Shown one piece after another: positions 28,161 through 36,920 of a DNA stretch of 64,000 bases (the stretch's first letter is position 1; each line of letters begins with the position of its first letter). Location: sequence record PQ451753.1; one strand, written 5' to 3'. A program made the translations under genes and the position numbers. The notes beneath the pieces are model-generated. The model made no database searches and had not been told where the DNA came from. It saw nothing but the letters and a program-made list of their open reading frames with translations.

Positions 28161-28577
28161 ATGAATGTTATACCAACACTCAACTCTAAGGGGTATGCTA
28201 AAACACCTGAAGAGAAGCTCGACGCTGTATTGCTCTACTACCAATCATTAAACCCATCAATGACTAACCGTTACCGTGGGAAGATACGTTCACTTCAAAA
28301 CGCTATTTGGGAAGCAGGTACTGACAGCGGTAATATGGAAAGGCTATCAAGTATTGTTAAGAGTGATTTAACAACAATCTTATCAAACAACTTTCCAGAA
28401 GGTGCTACAGTAGAAGTTGTGGCAGAACCAATCTCTGTAGATGGGTCAACTTACAATCTTGGCATTAGTGCTACGGTTAAAGAGAATGGTAAGACCTACG
28501 ACATGTCTAGTTCGTTAGACAAAATAAACTCACGTTTCATGGATACATTCAATGTGACTAGAGTGAATACGGTATAA
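28161..28577 (+). CDS. Conserved hypothetical protein (possible gp25/baseplate-wedge-like fold)
   Basis: GAGGA RBS before ATG 28161; helix then beta-hairpin pattern. Confidence 0.55.
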   Translation: MNVIPTLNSKGYAKTPEEKLDAVLLYYQSLNPSMTNRYRGKIRSLQNAIWEAGTDSGNMERLSSIVKSDLTTILSNNFPEGATVEVVAEPISVDGSTYNLGISATVKENGKTYDMSSSLDKINSRFMDTFNVTRVNTV

Positions 28578-28625
28578 AAATATGCCGCGTTTTATGTTTT
28601 GTATTAATAACTGAAGGACTGTATA

Positions 28626-29237
28626 ATGGAAGATTTGATGACTCGCGCTGCGATTGAAGAATCGCGCCAGATGACTGAACAGCTACGTGAACTTGATACT
28701 GATATCGATATCACGTTAGAAGACTTTGAACGTCGTGTTCTACCTTTATTGGCGAACCGTGGTGATAACTTCAATGTTCAAACTTGGGTATCGTTAACAA
28801 CACACCCTAACGTTGGTATCCGTGTTCTGGATAATAATGGTGATGTTAAGTTCTACGTACCGCCATTCTTAGACAATGGTGAGATGCGTACAAACCCTGA
28901 TGTTAACCTGTCAGCATTTGCAAATGACTTGGATAACATTACCGCAGATCGCCCAGTAGCAAAAGACTCAGTTCTTTACAACGTGCTCCGTTCATTCGGT
29001 GCTAATGATGAAGATATGGTTATCTCATCTGTTGAAGCTATCATGGCGCTGAACAAAATCTATCAACACTACGATATGGAACTTATTGAAGTGGATGATG
29101 TAATGCGTCAGGTGTATGTTAAGCTGAAAGGTGTTGAACCAGATGTACCTGTTAGCAATGGCAAACCTAAAGTAGAAACAAAGGCTAAACCTGTTGAAGA
29201 TAATATCTTCGAAGATGAAGGTTTCGATTTACCATAA
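28626..29237 (+). CDS. Conserved hypothetical protein
   Basis: 203 aa, GAAGGA RBS. Confidence 0.7.
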   Translation: MEDLMTRAAIEESRQMTEQLRELDTDIDITLEDFERRVLPLLANRGDNFNVQTWVSLTTHPNVGIRVLDNNGDVKFYVPPFLDNGEMRTNPDVNLSAFANDLDNITADRPVAKDSVLYNVLRSFGANDEDMVISSVEAIMALNKIYQHYDMELIEVDDVMRQVYVKLKGVEPDVPVSNGKPKVETKAKPVEDNIFEDEGFDLP

Positions 29238-30415
29238 TGTTAAATGTCAGACAAATAAAATTTAATGATCTACCTGCCCGGCCTAATAGTGTAAAGCGAT
29301 ACGGTGTAATTAGTGATGTCCACTTAGGACACCCTAGAACACCTACGTGGCACATTATTAAGACATTGAACAAGTACGTCACAAATGTGAAGTTCATGTC
29401 TGACATCGACGCTCTGTTCGTGCCGGGTGACTTATTTGACCGTCTACTCAACTTACCGACTACTGATGTAGAAGATATCAACGAGTGGATAGAACGTATA
29501 TTGCGACTGTCTAAAAGTTGTAGAACACCAATCCGAATTCTTGAGGGTACACCGAGTCACGACTGGAAACAGTCAGCGACCATTACCAACACGAATGAAC
29601 TTTACAAGATTGGTGCAGACGTAATGTACATTGAAGACTTGTCTATTATAGAAGATGAGTCATTGGGTATGACGATTGGTTATGTACCAGACGAGTATCG
29701 TGAAAGCTGCGAGCAAACAACAGTCGAGTTCCAAGAACTAATGGCTACACGTGGTTACGATAAAGTTGATATGATCTTCATGCATGGGATGTTTGAATAC
29801 CAAATCCCAAAGGCGGCAGCAAAGTCCGTTTCTCACTTCAAAGAGAATGAATGGGAAGCGATGGTTCGTCACGCAATCATCATTGGACATGATCATCGTC
29901 ATAAGAGCAAAGGCAAGATTGTAGTTCCGGGTTCTTGGGAACGTTTAGCACATAACGAAGAAGATAACAAAGGTTGTCTAGTAGTAGATGTGGGTCATGA
30001 TGTTACGGATGTTTATCACCTAACAAATGAAGATGCCATGTGGTACATCACCATTGACGGAGCGAAGCTCACAGACGTCGAAGTGATTGCTAAAGCAGAA
30101 CATCAACTACATCAGTTTGCGACGTTAGAACGTCCTATGGGGCGTCTCAAGGTGAAGTACAATCGCAAGTATGATATCAGTTCAAGATTAGCTGAATGGA
30201 AGAAAGCATTTACAGAAGTGGTCGTTGAAGGGGCTAGTGAAACCGATGAGGAAATCGCTAAGTCGGAAATAGATGATGACTTCAAGTTAAGTGGTGAAAC
30301 AATCAACATCAATGAAGAGAATATAGAAGGGATGATAATGCGTGAAGCAGACGTTCCTCCTGAATTGATGGGATACTTCCAGACTGAAATCCAAACTGTT
30401 ATATCGGCAATCTAG
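29237..30415 (+). CDS. sbcD: SbcD/Mre11-like metallophosphoesterase nuclease (phiKZ gp65-like)
   Basis: SDVHLGH, GDLFD, GTPSHD, MHGMF and GHDH motifs. Confidence 0.85.
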   Translation: MLNVRQIKFNDLPARPNSVKRYGVISDVHLGHPRTPTWHIIKTLNKYVTNVKFMSDIDALFVPGDLFDRLLNLPTTDVEDINEWIERILRLSKSCRTPIRILEGTPSHDWKQSATITNTNELYKIGADVMYIEDLSIIEDESLGMTIGYVPDEYRESCEQTTVEFQELMATRGYDKVDMIFMHGMFEYQIPKAAAKSVSHFKENEWEAMVRHAIIIGHDHRHKSKGKIVVPGSWERLAHNEEDNKGCLVVDVGHDVTDVYHLTNEDAMWYITIDGAKLTDVEVIAKAEHQLHQFATLERPMGRLKVKYNRKYDISSRLAEWKKAFTEVVVEGASETDEEIAKSEIDDDFKLSGETININEENIEGMIMREADVPPELMGYFQTEIQTVISAI

Positions 30416-30423
30416 GAGCAGTT

Positions 30424-31251
30424 ATGGCATTAGTAGATGTCAGCAGTCGCACGTTAGGTTGGTTCGGGGCGTCCATTGGGACGTCCCTTGCTTTCGAACG
30501 TATAACGAATACAGGTGAGTTTGAACAGACGTTTGATAAACCACCTATTCAGGATATGGAAAGTGTCTGGATTAACCTACGCACCCTTATCCGAAATGCG
30601 CACAATGCTGTAGAAACGCAAGACCAAATGTATATCACCGGAGAAGCCTTATCAGAGGCTGTATCGGAAGATTGGGAGGCTATCAATAATGCGGTAGCTG
30701 AAGTAAATCCGAACTGTGAGCTCCGGTTATACTTATGTACTTACGAGGGTATTAACGAGGAATTTCCTAACGCTAATTTCCGTAACAGTAGTACTACGAA
30801 GCAACTTTCGTATGAAACCGTCGAACGCGACGTAATAAGTTATTTTCTTGATAATTACAGTGAAGAATTGTTGAAATTCAAATGGCAGCTTTCGGGCAGT
30901 AAAGGGTGTGTCTTATTGACACACCTTCCCTTAGACTTGGTGTCTTACCCGAAATTTCCGTCTCTGAAACTCCTCGAATCGCACACTGGAGCAATCAAAG
31001 AAAGACGTCATTGGCACACCAAGATGAAGATAAAGAAAGATGGTCCGGTTATTCCGTTCTGTCGTGCTATGTTGGTTATCTTTGGTGATAGTTCAATGTT
31101 CTCACCTCAGCCTATACAGGCACGTAAAACGTTGCTGAAAATCAGTGAGAAAAGTAAGTGGCATCCGCTTACTTCAATGGCAAAAATTGAGCAAGATGTA
31201 AAGCTTGCGCATGAGCCACATTTACTAGATTTCATTAAGCAATATAAGTGA
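30424..31251 (+). CDS. Conserved protein, possible PIN/5'-nuclease-like fold (phiKZ gp66-like)
   Basis: VWINLRTLIRN strand-helix start; synteny. Confidence 0.5.
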   Translation: MALVDVSSRTLGWFGASIGTSLAFERITNTGEFEQTFDKPPIQDMESVWINLRTLIRNAHNAVETQDQMYITGEALSEAVSEDWEAINNAVAEVNPNCELRLYLCTYEGINEEFPNANFRNSSTTKQLSYETVERDVISYFLDNYSEELLKFKWQLSGSKGCVLLTHLPLDLVSYPKFPSLKLLESHTGAIKERRHWHTKMKIKKDGPVIPFCRAMLVIFGDSSMFSPQPIQARKTLLKISEKSKWHPLTSMAKIEQDVKLAHEPHLLDFIKQYK

Positions 31252-31343
31252 GGGTAGTGGCTTGCAGTTAATTTTAACGCGGCTTACTACCTTATGTAGA
31301 AACTCTTAAAATCAATTTCAGAAAGAAAATTAAGGAACAGATA

Positions 31344-31985
31344 ATGTCCCATATCAATGAAAACGTTCTTCAGTTACGTACTCGTGCAAATGGTGGTCGT
31401 CCTACCCTGATGAAAATCAACCCTAACCGTTACAACCGTGTATCGTTCTCGGCACGTGTTGGTGAGAGTTGGGTAAATGCCGATCTTACTATCGATGCAT
31501 GGAAAGATTTCTGTAACTACATTCGCATGGCTGCTCGCCTTAAAGAAGCGGATAGCTTTGCAATTCAACTTAAGAAGAAAGACCAAGTATACGCAGTTGT
31601 GGTGGTTGGTCGTGATGATGATGGTCTAGTGTACGTAGAGCTTGCAAACACTGGCGGCAACAAAGTTCGTTTCGACTTCCTGCCTAAACATCAATTCATC
31701 CACATGCGTTCTGGTAAACCGATGCCTGAATCTGAACTATCTCGTAACCGTGCACTAGCATGGGCTGATTTAGTTGAGCCAATGGTTATCGAACTGTGGA
31801 AACGTGACTACAAAACTGATGATGCAGGTCCACAAGGTGGTGGTCAGCGCGGTAACTATAATGGCGGTGGCAACCGTGGTAATTACAACGGTGGCGGTAA
31901 CCGTGGCAACTACGGTGGCGGCGACAACCAACAGCAAGCACAACCTCAAGCAATCGATGGTGACTTAGACGATTACCTACCATAA
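31344..31985 (+). CDS. chmC: ChmC-like nucleus-associated RNA-binding protein
   Basis: Directly upstream of the sigma-like subunit; globular domain plus Gly/Asn-rich low-complexity tail (GGNRGNYNGG repeats) and acidic end. Confidence 0.75.
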   Translation: MSHINENVLQLRTRANGGRPTLMKINPNRYNRVSFSARVGESWVNADLTIDAWKDFCNYIRMAARLKEADSFAIQLKKKDQVYAVVVVGRDDDGLVYVELANTGGNKVRFDFLPKHQFIHMRSGKPMPESELSRNRALAWADLVEPMVIELWKRDYKTDDAGPQGGGQRGNYNGGGNRGNYNGGGNRGNYGGGDNQQQAQPQAIDGDLDDYLP

Positions 31986-31997
31986 GAGTAGATGAAC

Positions 31998-32023
31998 TAG
32001 GTAGGTGCTACGGCACCTACCTA
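31998..32023 (+). terminator. Hairpin after chmC
   Basis: TAGGTAGGTGC-TACG-GCACCTACCTA; weak U-tract. Confidence 0.6.
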
Positions 32024-32033
32024 AATAATTTTA

Positions 32034-32052
32034 GATATATTTCATAGTAGTG
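32034..32052 (+). promoter_or_regulatory. Putative early promoter, copy 5
   Basis: GATATATTTCATAGTAGTG. Confidence 0.7.
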
Positions 32053-32078
32053 AGTTAACATGTTGGGAGATATTAAAC

Positions 32079-33656
32079 GTGCACTTAGTATTGAAGAATG
32101 AAACTATGTGCCTGATCCATGATGGGCAGGAACTAGACTTTGGTCAATTCAAACCAAAGAAACCAAACAGTGAAGACCCAAAGGTCAAGAAGCTCACGAT
32201 GGGTCAGTATGTGAAGAAGCTTTCAGATGCCATGTTCACTGAGATAAACGGTTATTGGAAAACACTTCCAAAGGAGGATCTCGACGAGTTATTCGAGCTC
32301 TATGAAATTGCACACGAAGACATTATTGAATCACCAACACAATCAGAACGCTACACCAACGTTCGTGAAGGTATCAATAAAATCGTGGATAAGTATCATC
32401 GATTCGATGACGTTACAGCATTCATGGCAGATAAACCTGTTACACCAACTGACAATGTTAAAGAGTCATTTGATAGTAACATCCATGATAATATTTCTAG
32501 ACAGACAACATACGTCATGTCTGAATATCGTGACTTAGCAACGTTGACTGTAATTCTTCGTTCTGTTGCGCCGATATGGAACCTGACCAGTCGCATGACA
32601 ACTGTGGCTAATGAGAAAGCAGGTAAGGTATATCACGAGATTGAAATGTTTAGCATGCTAGCAAACACTGACCTAATCGACTGCGAAGCATTCTGTCGAC
32701 TAGAAGGATTTGTTAATGCGCTATGGGACAAGTACGTAAATGGAAAGAACAAACAAGAAGCTAAGAACTCGATTCTTAGTTCGGTTGTAGCTGGTCTGGG
32801 TACTTCTGATATTCCTAACTACCTGTTAGCAACATCGGTGGTAAACAAACTAGCGGTACGTGAAGTGAACACTTTCAGAGATGAAGGTGATTTAATCACA
32901 CACGTATATCAGCGTGTCGACACAGAGGTGAAGAAGCTAGCGGTGAAATTCGCTCGGTTGAAACCAAAGGTCGATAAGCGAATGGGTGAGGATGAAGATA
33001 AGACTGGTTACTTAGAATCATTCCGAACTCGTGAGATGGTGCGTCGTGATGTACATATGTTAGTGCAGTATTACCTGTATGACTACCGTGCAGCAAAACG
33101 TGCCTTAGATGAGGAGATTCCTGCATCGCTTGTTAAAGCATGTATTGAATCATTCCAAGAGTACAAGCCAGTACCGATTCGTTCGGACCAAGCTGTGATT
33201 GTACAATGGGTGTTAGGTAAGATTGTGCACGCACGTGCAATTCCACACATTGATCGTACTGCTATGATTAATGCGATGGGTATTACACAAGCAGCTTTGA
33301 TTCACTGGCGCATGCGAGATATCGCTGTGTTGATGAGTTCAAAACCTGCACCGTCTGACCCAGACTCAATCCTCATTACAACGCCTTTCGATGCGGTAAC
33401 TACAGATGTGCGACAGAGACTATCTGATACGTACCCGTACTACCGTCATTCAAAGACAACAACATCAAGACGACAAATGTGTCCGGGACTACAAGCGTTG
33501 GAAGCATACACTAAAATGTTTGCAGACCAAGAATGGGATTTGAATTGTACAAAAAGAATAAGTGAAGACTTACGTCAAGAACCTGGTCGATTCAAACCAT
33601 CTCGTAGACTCAAAAATGAATTAGCTGAATTGCTAATCAAAATCAATCGTCGTTAG
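32079..33656 (+). CDS. Non-virion RNAP sigma-like subunit (phiKZ gp68-like)
   Basis: 525 aa; position between ChmC and PicA; SFD...TY...EY..LA.L...LR...PIW block. Confidence 0.75.
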   Translation: MHLVLKNETMCLIHDGQELDFGQFKPKKPNSEDPKVKKLTMGQYVKKLSDAMFTEINGYWKTLPKEDLDELFELYEIAHEDIIESPTQSERYTNVREGINKIVDKYHRFDDVTAFMADKPVTPTDNVKESFDSNIHDNISRQTTYVMSEYRDLATLTVILRSVAPIWNLTSRMTTVANEKAGKVYHEIEMFSMLANTDLIDCEAFCRLEGFVNALWDKYVNGKNKQEAKNSILSSVVAGLGTSDIPNYLLATSVVNKLAVREVNTFRDEGDLITHVYQRVDTEVKKLAVKFARLKPKVDKRMGEDEDKTGYLESFRTREMVRRDVHMLVQYYLYDYRAAKRALDEEIPASLVKACIESFQEYKPVPIRSDQAVIVQWVLGKIVHARAIPHIDRTAMINAMGITQAALIHWRMRDIAVLMSSKPAPSDPDSILITTPFDAVTTDVRQRLSDTYPYYRHSKTTTSRRQMCPGLQALEAYTKMFADQEWDLNCTKRISEDLRQEPGRFKPSRRLKNELAELLIKINRR

Positions 33657-33698
33657 AGCTAATAAACAACCCATTTTTATTCATAAGGAAACACTTAC

Positions 33699-35267
33699 AT
33701 GAACTTTATCAGTCTTAAACTTATCGAAGTTGGCGGCCTAGAGAAGCAATCTCGTCGTGTATTTGAGTGGCAACGCTCAGGTAGCTTCGTTAACGATATT
33801 GTTGATGTGGTAGAACGTAGCAATGGCCGACTAAGCATTGACAGCTTTGTTGGCGTTGCTTCTGAGGCATTATCTATCTCATCAGATGTTGAAGAGGTTT
33901 ATGTACCGGGCATTGGTAGTGGTCGCGATTGGGAAGAGCGCCGCTTCCGTTTCTTCCTAGAAATGGAAATTGAACCAATGACACGTTACAACTCAAAACG
34001 TACACGTGCTTTGATTCAGGGCTACACCGACCACTCTGAGCTATCACACCGTGATACAGTTGACCCTAACATGAAGATGTACATCAACAACGTAACTACT
34101 GTGCAAGACATCGATAATGGTGCACGCGGTATAACTACACGAGTTATTGATGTTTCACAAACACTTCTAGGGGATATGACTCGCGGTGAGGATTTCCTAC
34201 TACGTCCATCCGATGTATTCGCTCGTATCGAAAATAAAGAAGATGCGATTGGCGATGAAATGGAATTGGATGTAATGGTTGATACTCGTAGTTCGTTCCA
34301 CTCTGGTACGCAGCTAAATGATCGCCGTAGTAATGCATCAAGCACTTACCTACACAAACTGGTAACCGCTGACTTAGATGCAGCTGCTAACATTGATACT
34401 CGTGATACGGGTATTATCCAAGACAACCGTGATACACTGGCGTTTGAGACCGCAGGTGGTAATATCCAAACTGTACGTTCGAATAAGTTCTTACGTGCAC
34501 TCGCAGACCGCGACCGTAACTTCAAGTTCTCTAACCGCTTCTCTTACTCAGACCTTGCTGAGTTTGCAGGTGGTAACCGAATGTTAGACCGTAATACGGA
34601 AGTTATCATTCCAGACGGCTTCGGTGAATTTGAATCAGAAGGTTGGGGTGGTGCAACTGCTGAGGTTAAAGCCGCAGCACAAGTGTGTCACTTAATTCCA
34701 ATCATCATGATTGACTGTTTCATGGATAGTGTTGATTTTACAATCTCTAACAAGAACAGTCGTGGTGATGACAGTGAACTTGCAATTGCTGACTTAACTT
34801 CAATGTTAGGTGAGAATGTTCGTGACCGCAATTTAGTCCGTGCGTTTGAGACGCGTGTTAAACGTGAAGTATTTTCACAAATTACAAACAACGGTCACAT
34901 GTGCGTTACCATGGACGTTACATCAGAAATGTGTGGTATTACCATTATTGAGATTTCAATTGATGGTGACCCGTATGAGCGTTACGTATTCCCATCTTTC
35001 GCAGATGGTCTACTATCACCAGTTGTTACTAACGATGGTGAAAACGCAGAAGATATGGCTGATGGCTACATGGAAGTTCGCCGTGAAGTAGATGCAGTAC
35101 TTGGTCGTCAACGTGACATCTCACTAAGTACAGATGTGCACTCAGCGGTACGTGAACGTGATCGTCGCTCATCGCGTAGCGAACGTCGTCGCAGTAATGA
35201 CTCCCTGCTAGATGACGATATTCTAGGCGGTGGCAACTTTAAACTTTCTAATTTGGATGATTTATAA
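33699..35267 (+). CDS. picA: PicA/Imp1 nuclear-shell import factor (phiKZ gp69-like)
   Basis: 522 aa following the sigma-like gene; W...RFRF...E and YVFPSFADGL.SPV blocks; call is synteny-led. Confidence 0.75.
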   Translation: MNFISLKLIEVGGLEKQSRRVFEWQRSGSFVNDIVDVVERSNGRLSIDSFVGVASEALSISSDVEEVYVPGIGSGRDWEERRFRFFLEMEIEPMTRYNSKRTRALIQGYTDHSELSHRDTVDPNMKMYINNVTTVQDIDNGARGITTRVIDVSQTLLGDMTRGEDFLLRPSDVFARIENKEDAIGDEMELDVMVDTRSSFHSGTQLNDRRSNASSTYLHKLVTADLDAAANIDTRDTGIIQDNRDTLAFETAGGNIQTVRSNKFLRALADRDRNFKFSNRFSYSDLAEFAGGNRMLDRNTEVIIPDGFGEFESEGWGGATAEVKAAAQVCHLIPIIMIDCFMDSVDFTISNKNSRGDDSELAIADLTSMLGENVRDRNLVRAFETRVKREVFSQITNNGHMCVTMDVTSEMCGITIIEISIDGDPYERYVFPSFADGLLSPVVTNDGENAEDMADGYMEVRREVDAVLGRQRDISLSTDVHSAVRERDRRSSRSERRRSNDSLLDDDILGGGNFKLSNLDDL

Positions 35268-36478
35268 TGAATGTAATTGAGTTTTATCAGTCGCTTCTTG
35301 AAAGCATGGGTTTAATTGTAAGTGAAGCAGGTCACGTCTTGCGTCCAACAAAAGACCAAGACCCACTTCAAATCGACGGGAAGGATGTAGTCCTTCCCAA
35401 TAAGTTTTACCTAAGTCAGAATGATTGGTCTGACGTACACCCATTCCACCCACTGTGTGAAGATGCACTAATGGGCCAGTCGCCTACGTTCCACTTATTG
35501 AACAGTGTGATGCGTATTGCAATCTCTCAGAAGTACGCGGCATTAATCCGTGACATCTTGACAGTAGCAACGACTAAAGAACTGCAACAGCAAATCAAAG
35601 ACCCGTCAGCAAATGAAATCACTACAGGTTTCCCTGATGCTAAGCCGGGTGCTATTGCTTCTTGGAAGAAAGTGTACGCAACGTTCCAAGCTAATCAATT
35701 CTTCGCAGGTCTGTACATCTCACGCAACCAAGAAGTGAATGGTACTCAATATCAACGTGTTGGTACTGTACGCTACCCAATCTTGGAAGACGATTCTGTT
35801 AAAGGTCTACTTGGTGCTGACATCACTAAGAAAGATACTGGCGGTATTCGTGCGCTAGTGGGTAAAATAGTAGAGCCTATTCCAAATGAGTTCTGCTCTA
35901 ACTCATCCGTTCCATACTTCGACACATTGATGCAATACTACATTGCAATGGTAACTCGTTACAATCAATTGGTTGAAATGTTCGGTGATGTGGTAACTTC
36001 AAAGCCAATCTCAACAGACTGGATGGAAGGTTACGAGAACTTAGAGAAGTTGCGTAAGCGTATTCCTAAGTTGCCGGGTAATGCGGGTGTTCGTGTAGAT
36101 GCTGAAGAAAAGCGTAACAAAGGTGTTGAAGTTGAAGACGACGATGCTTTTGCAAACGTTAAGGTGCCTGCAACATCTCGTCGTACTGAAGAAGACGATG
36201 ATGATACACCACCGTGGGAAGAACGCCCACAAGACCGCCGTCATAAACCTAAGACTGGTGGTTCAATTCTTGACATGACACATCGTCGTGATGACGATGA
36301 TGAAGATGATGACCGTTATTCTCGCCGCCGTGGACGTGACTCCCGTCGTGATCGTCGAGATGACCGCCGCAGCTCACGCCGTGATGATCGTCGTGATGAT
36401 AGACGTTCTCGTCGTGACCGTGGTTCACGTCGCGATGACCGTCGTAGTGGTGGTTCGGTTCGTGATTGGTTACGTTAA
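35267..36478 (+). CDS. phiKZ gp70-like protein with Arg/Asp-rich mixed-charge tail
   Basis: Conserved N-terminus (HP.FHPLCE) plus RRDDRR repeats; coupled to picA. Confidence 0.7.
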   Translation: MNVIEFYQSLLESMGLIVSEAGHVLRPTKDQDPLQIDGKDVVLPNKFYLSQNDWSDVHPFHPLCEDALMGQSPTFHLLNSVMRIAISQKYAALIRDILTVATTKELQQQIKDPSANEITTGFPDAKPGAIASWKKVYATFQANQFFAGLYISRNQEVNGTQYQRVGTVRYPILEDDSVKGLLGADITKKDTGGIRALVGKIVEPIPNEFCSNSSVPYFDTLMQYYIAMVTRYNQLVEMFGDVVTSKPISTDWMEGYENLEKLRKRIPKLPGNAGVRVDAEEKRNKGVEVEDDDAFANVKVPATSRRTEEDDDDTPPWEERPQDRRHKPKTGGSILDMTHRRDDDDEDDDRYSRRRGRDSRRDRRDDRRSSRRDDRRDDRRSRRDRGSRRDDRRSGGSVRDWLR

Positions 36479-36495
36479 GAAACAAAAAAATAAAT

Positions 36496-36520
36496 AGAGG
36501 GCTACGAGCCCTCTTTTTTT
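36496..36520. terminator. Bidirectional terminator
   Basis: AGAGGGCT-ACG-AGCCCTCT flanked by A- and T-tracts. Confidence 0.85.
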
Positions 36521-36522
36521 AA

Positions 36523-36843
36523 TTATAGTCCAGACAGTTGAAGGATTTCTTCGACTAACCCAATGTCAGGGATGTTTAGACTAGTTACATTTTCATTAAA
36601 GTCTTCAGGTGAATCTATATCAGATAACATTAAAATCAGCCAGTGTAGCTTCGGGTTGATGTTCTGATGAATTAGATAACCATAGAGATTGTAGTAGAAG
36701 GGACGTGCATCGTCACCAACGGTGTGTATACGCGTCTTTGGATGTTCTTTCAGGTATTTGCGATGTGTCTCAAAATGACGTCGGATTGCGGGATTTGTCC
36801 CAATCTCGTGATAGTCATAAGTAGTATGGTCGGTTGCTGTCAT
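36523..36843 (-). CDS. Small LysM/T4 gp53-like baseplate protein
   Basis: LYGYL...LHWLILMLSDIDSP..F....L.IP pattern. Confidence 0.5.
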   Translation of the reverse strand: MTATDHTTYDYHEIGTNPAIRRHFETHRKYLKEHPKTRIHTVGDDARPFYYNLYGYLIHQNINPKLHWLILMLSDIDSPEDFNENVTSLNIPDIGLVEEILQLSGL

Positions 36844-36864
36844 ATTGGCCTCTATTTAATTTAA

Positions 36865-36883
36865 GATATATTTCATTGAAAGG
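36865..36883 (+). promoter_or_regulatory. Putative early promoter, copy 6
   Basis: GATATATTTCATTGAAAGG; implies the true start of the next gene lies downstream of 36834. Confidence 0.6.
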
Positions 36884-36920
36884 ACTAACACAAGATGTAC
36901 AAGTAATGGGAGTCACGATA

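Noticed and set aside
31840-31930. Tandem DNA repeat
   Set aside because: Encodes the GGNRGNY low-complexity tail of ChmC
36280-36460. Repeat array that could suggest CRISPR or satellite DNA
   Set aside because: Imperfect triplet repeats encoding the RRDD tail; no constant repeat/spacer period
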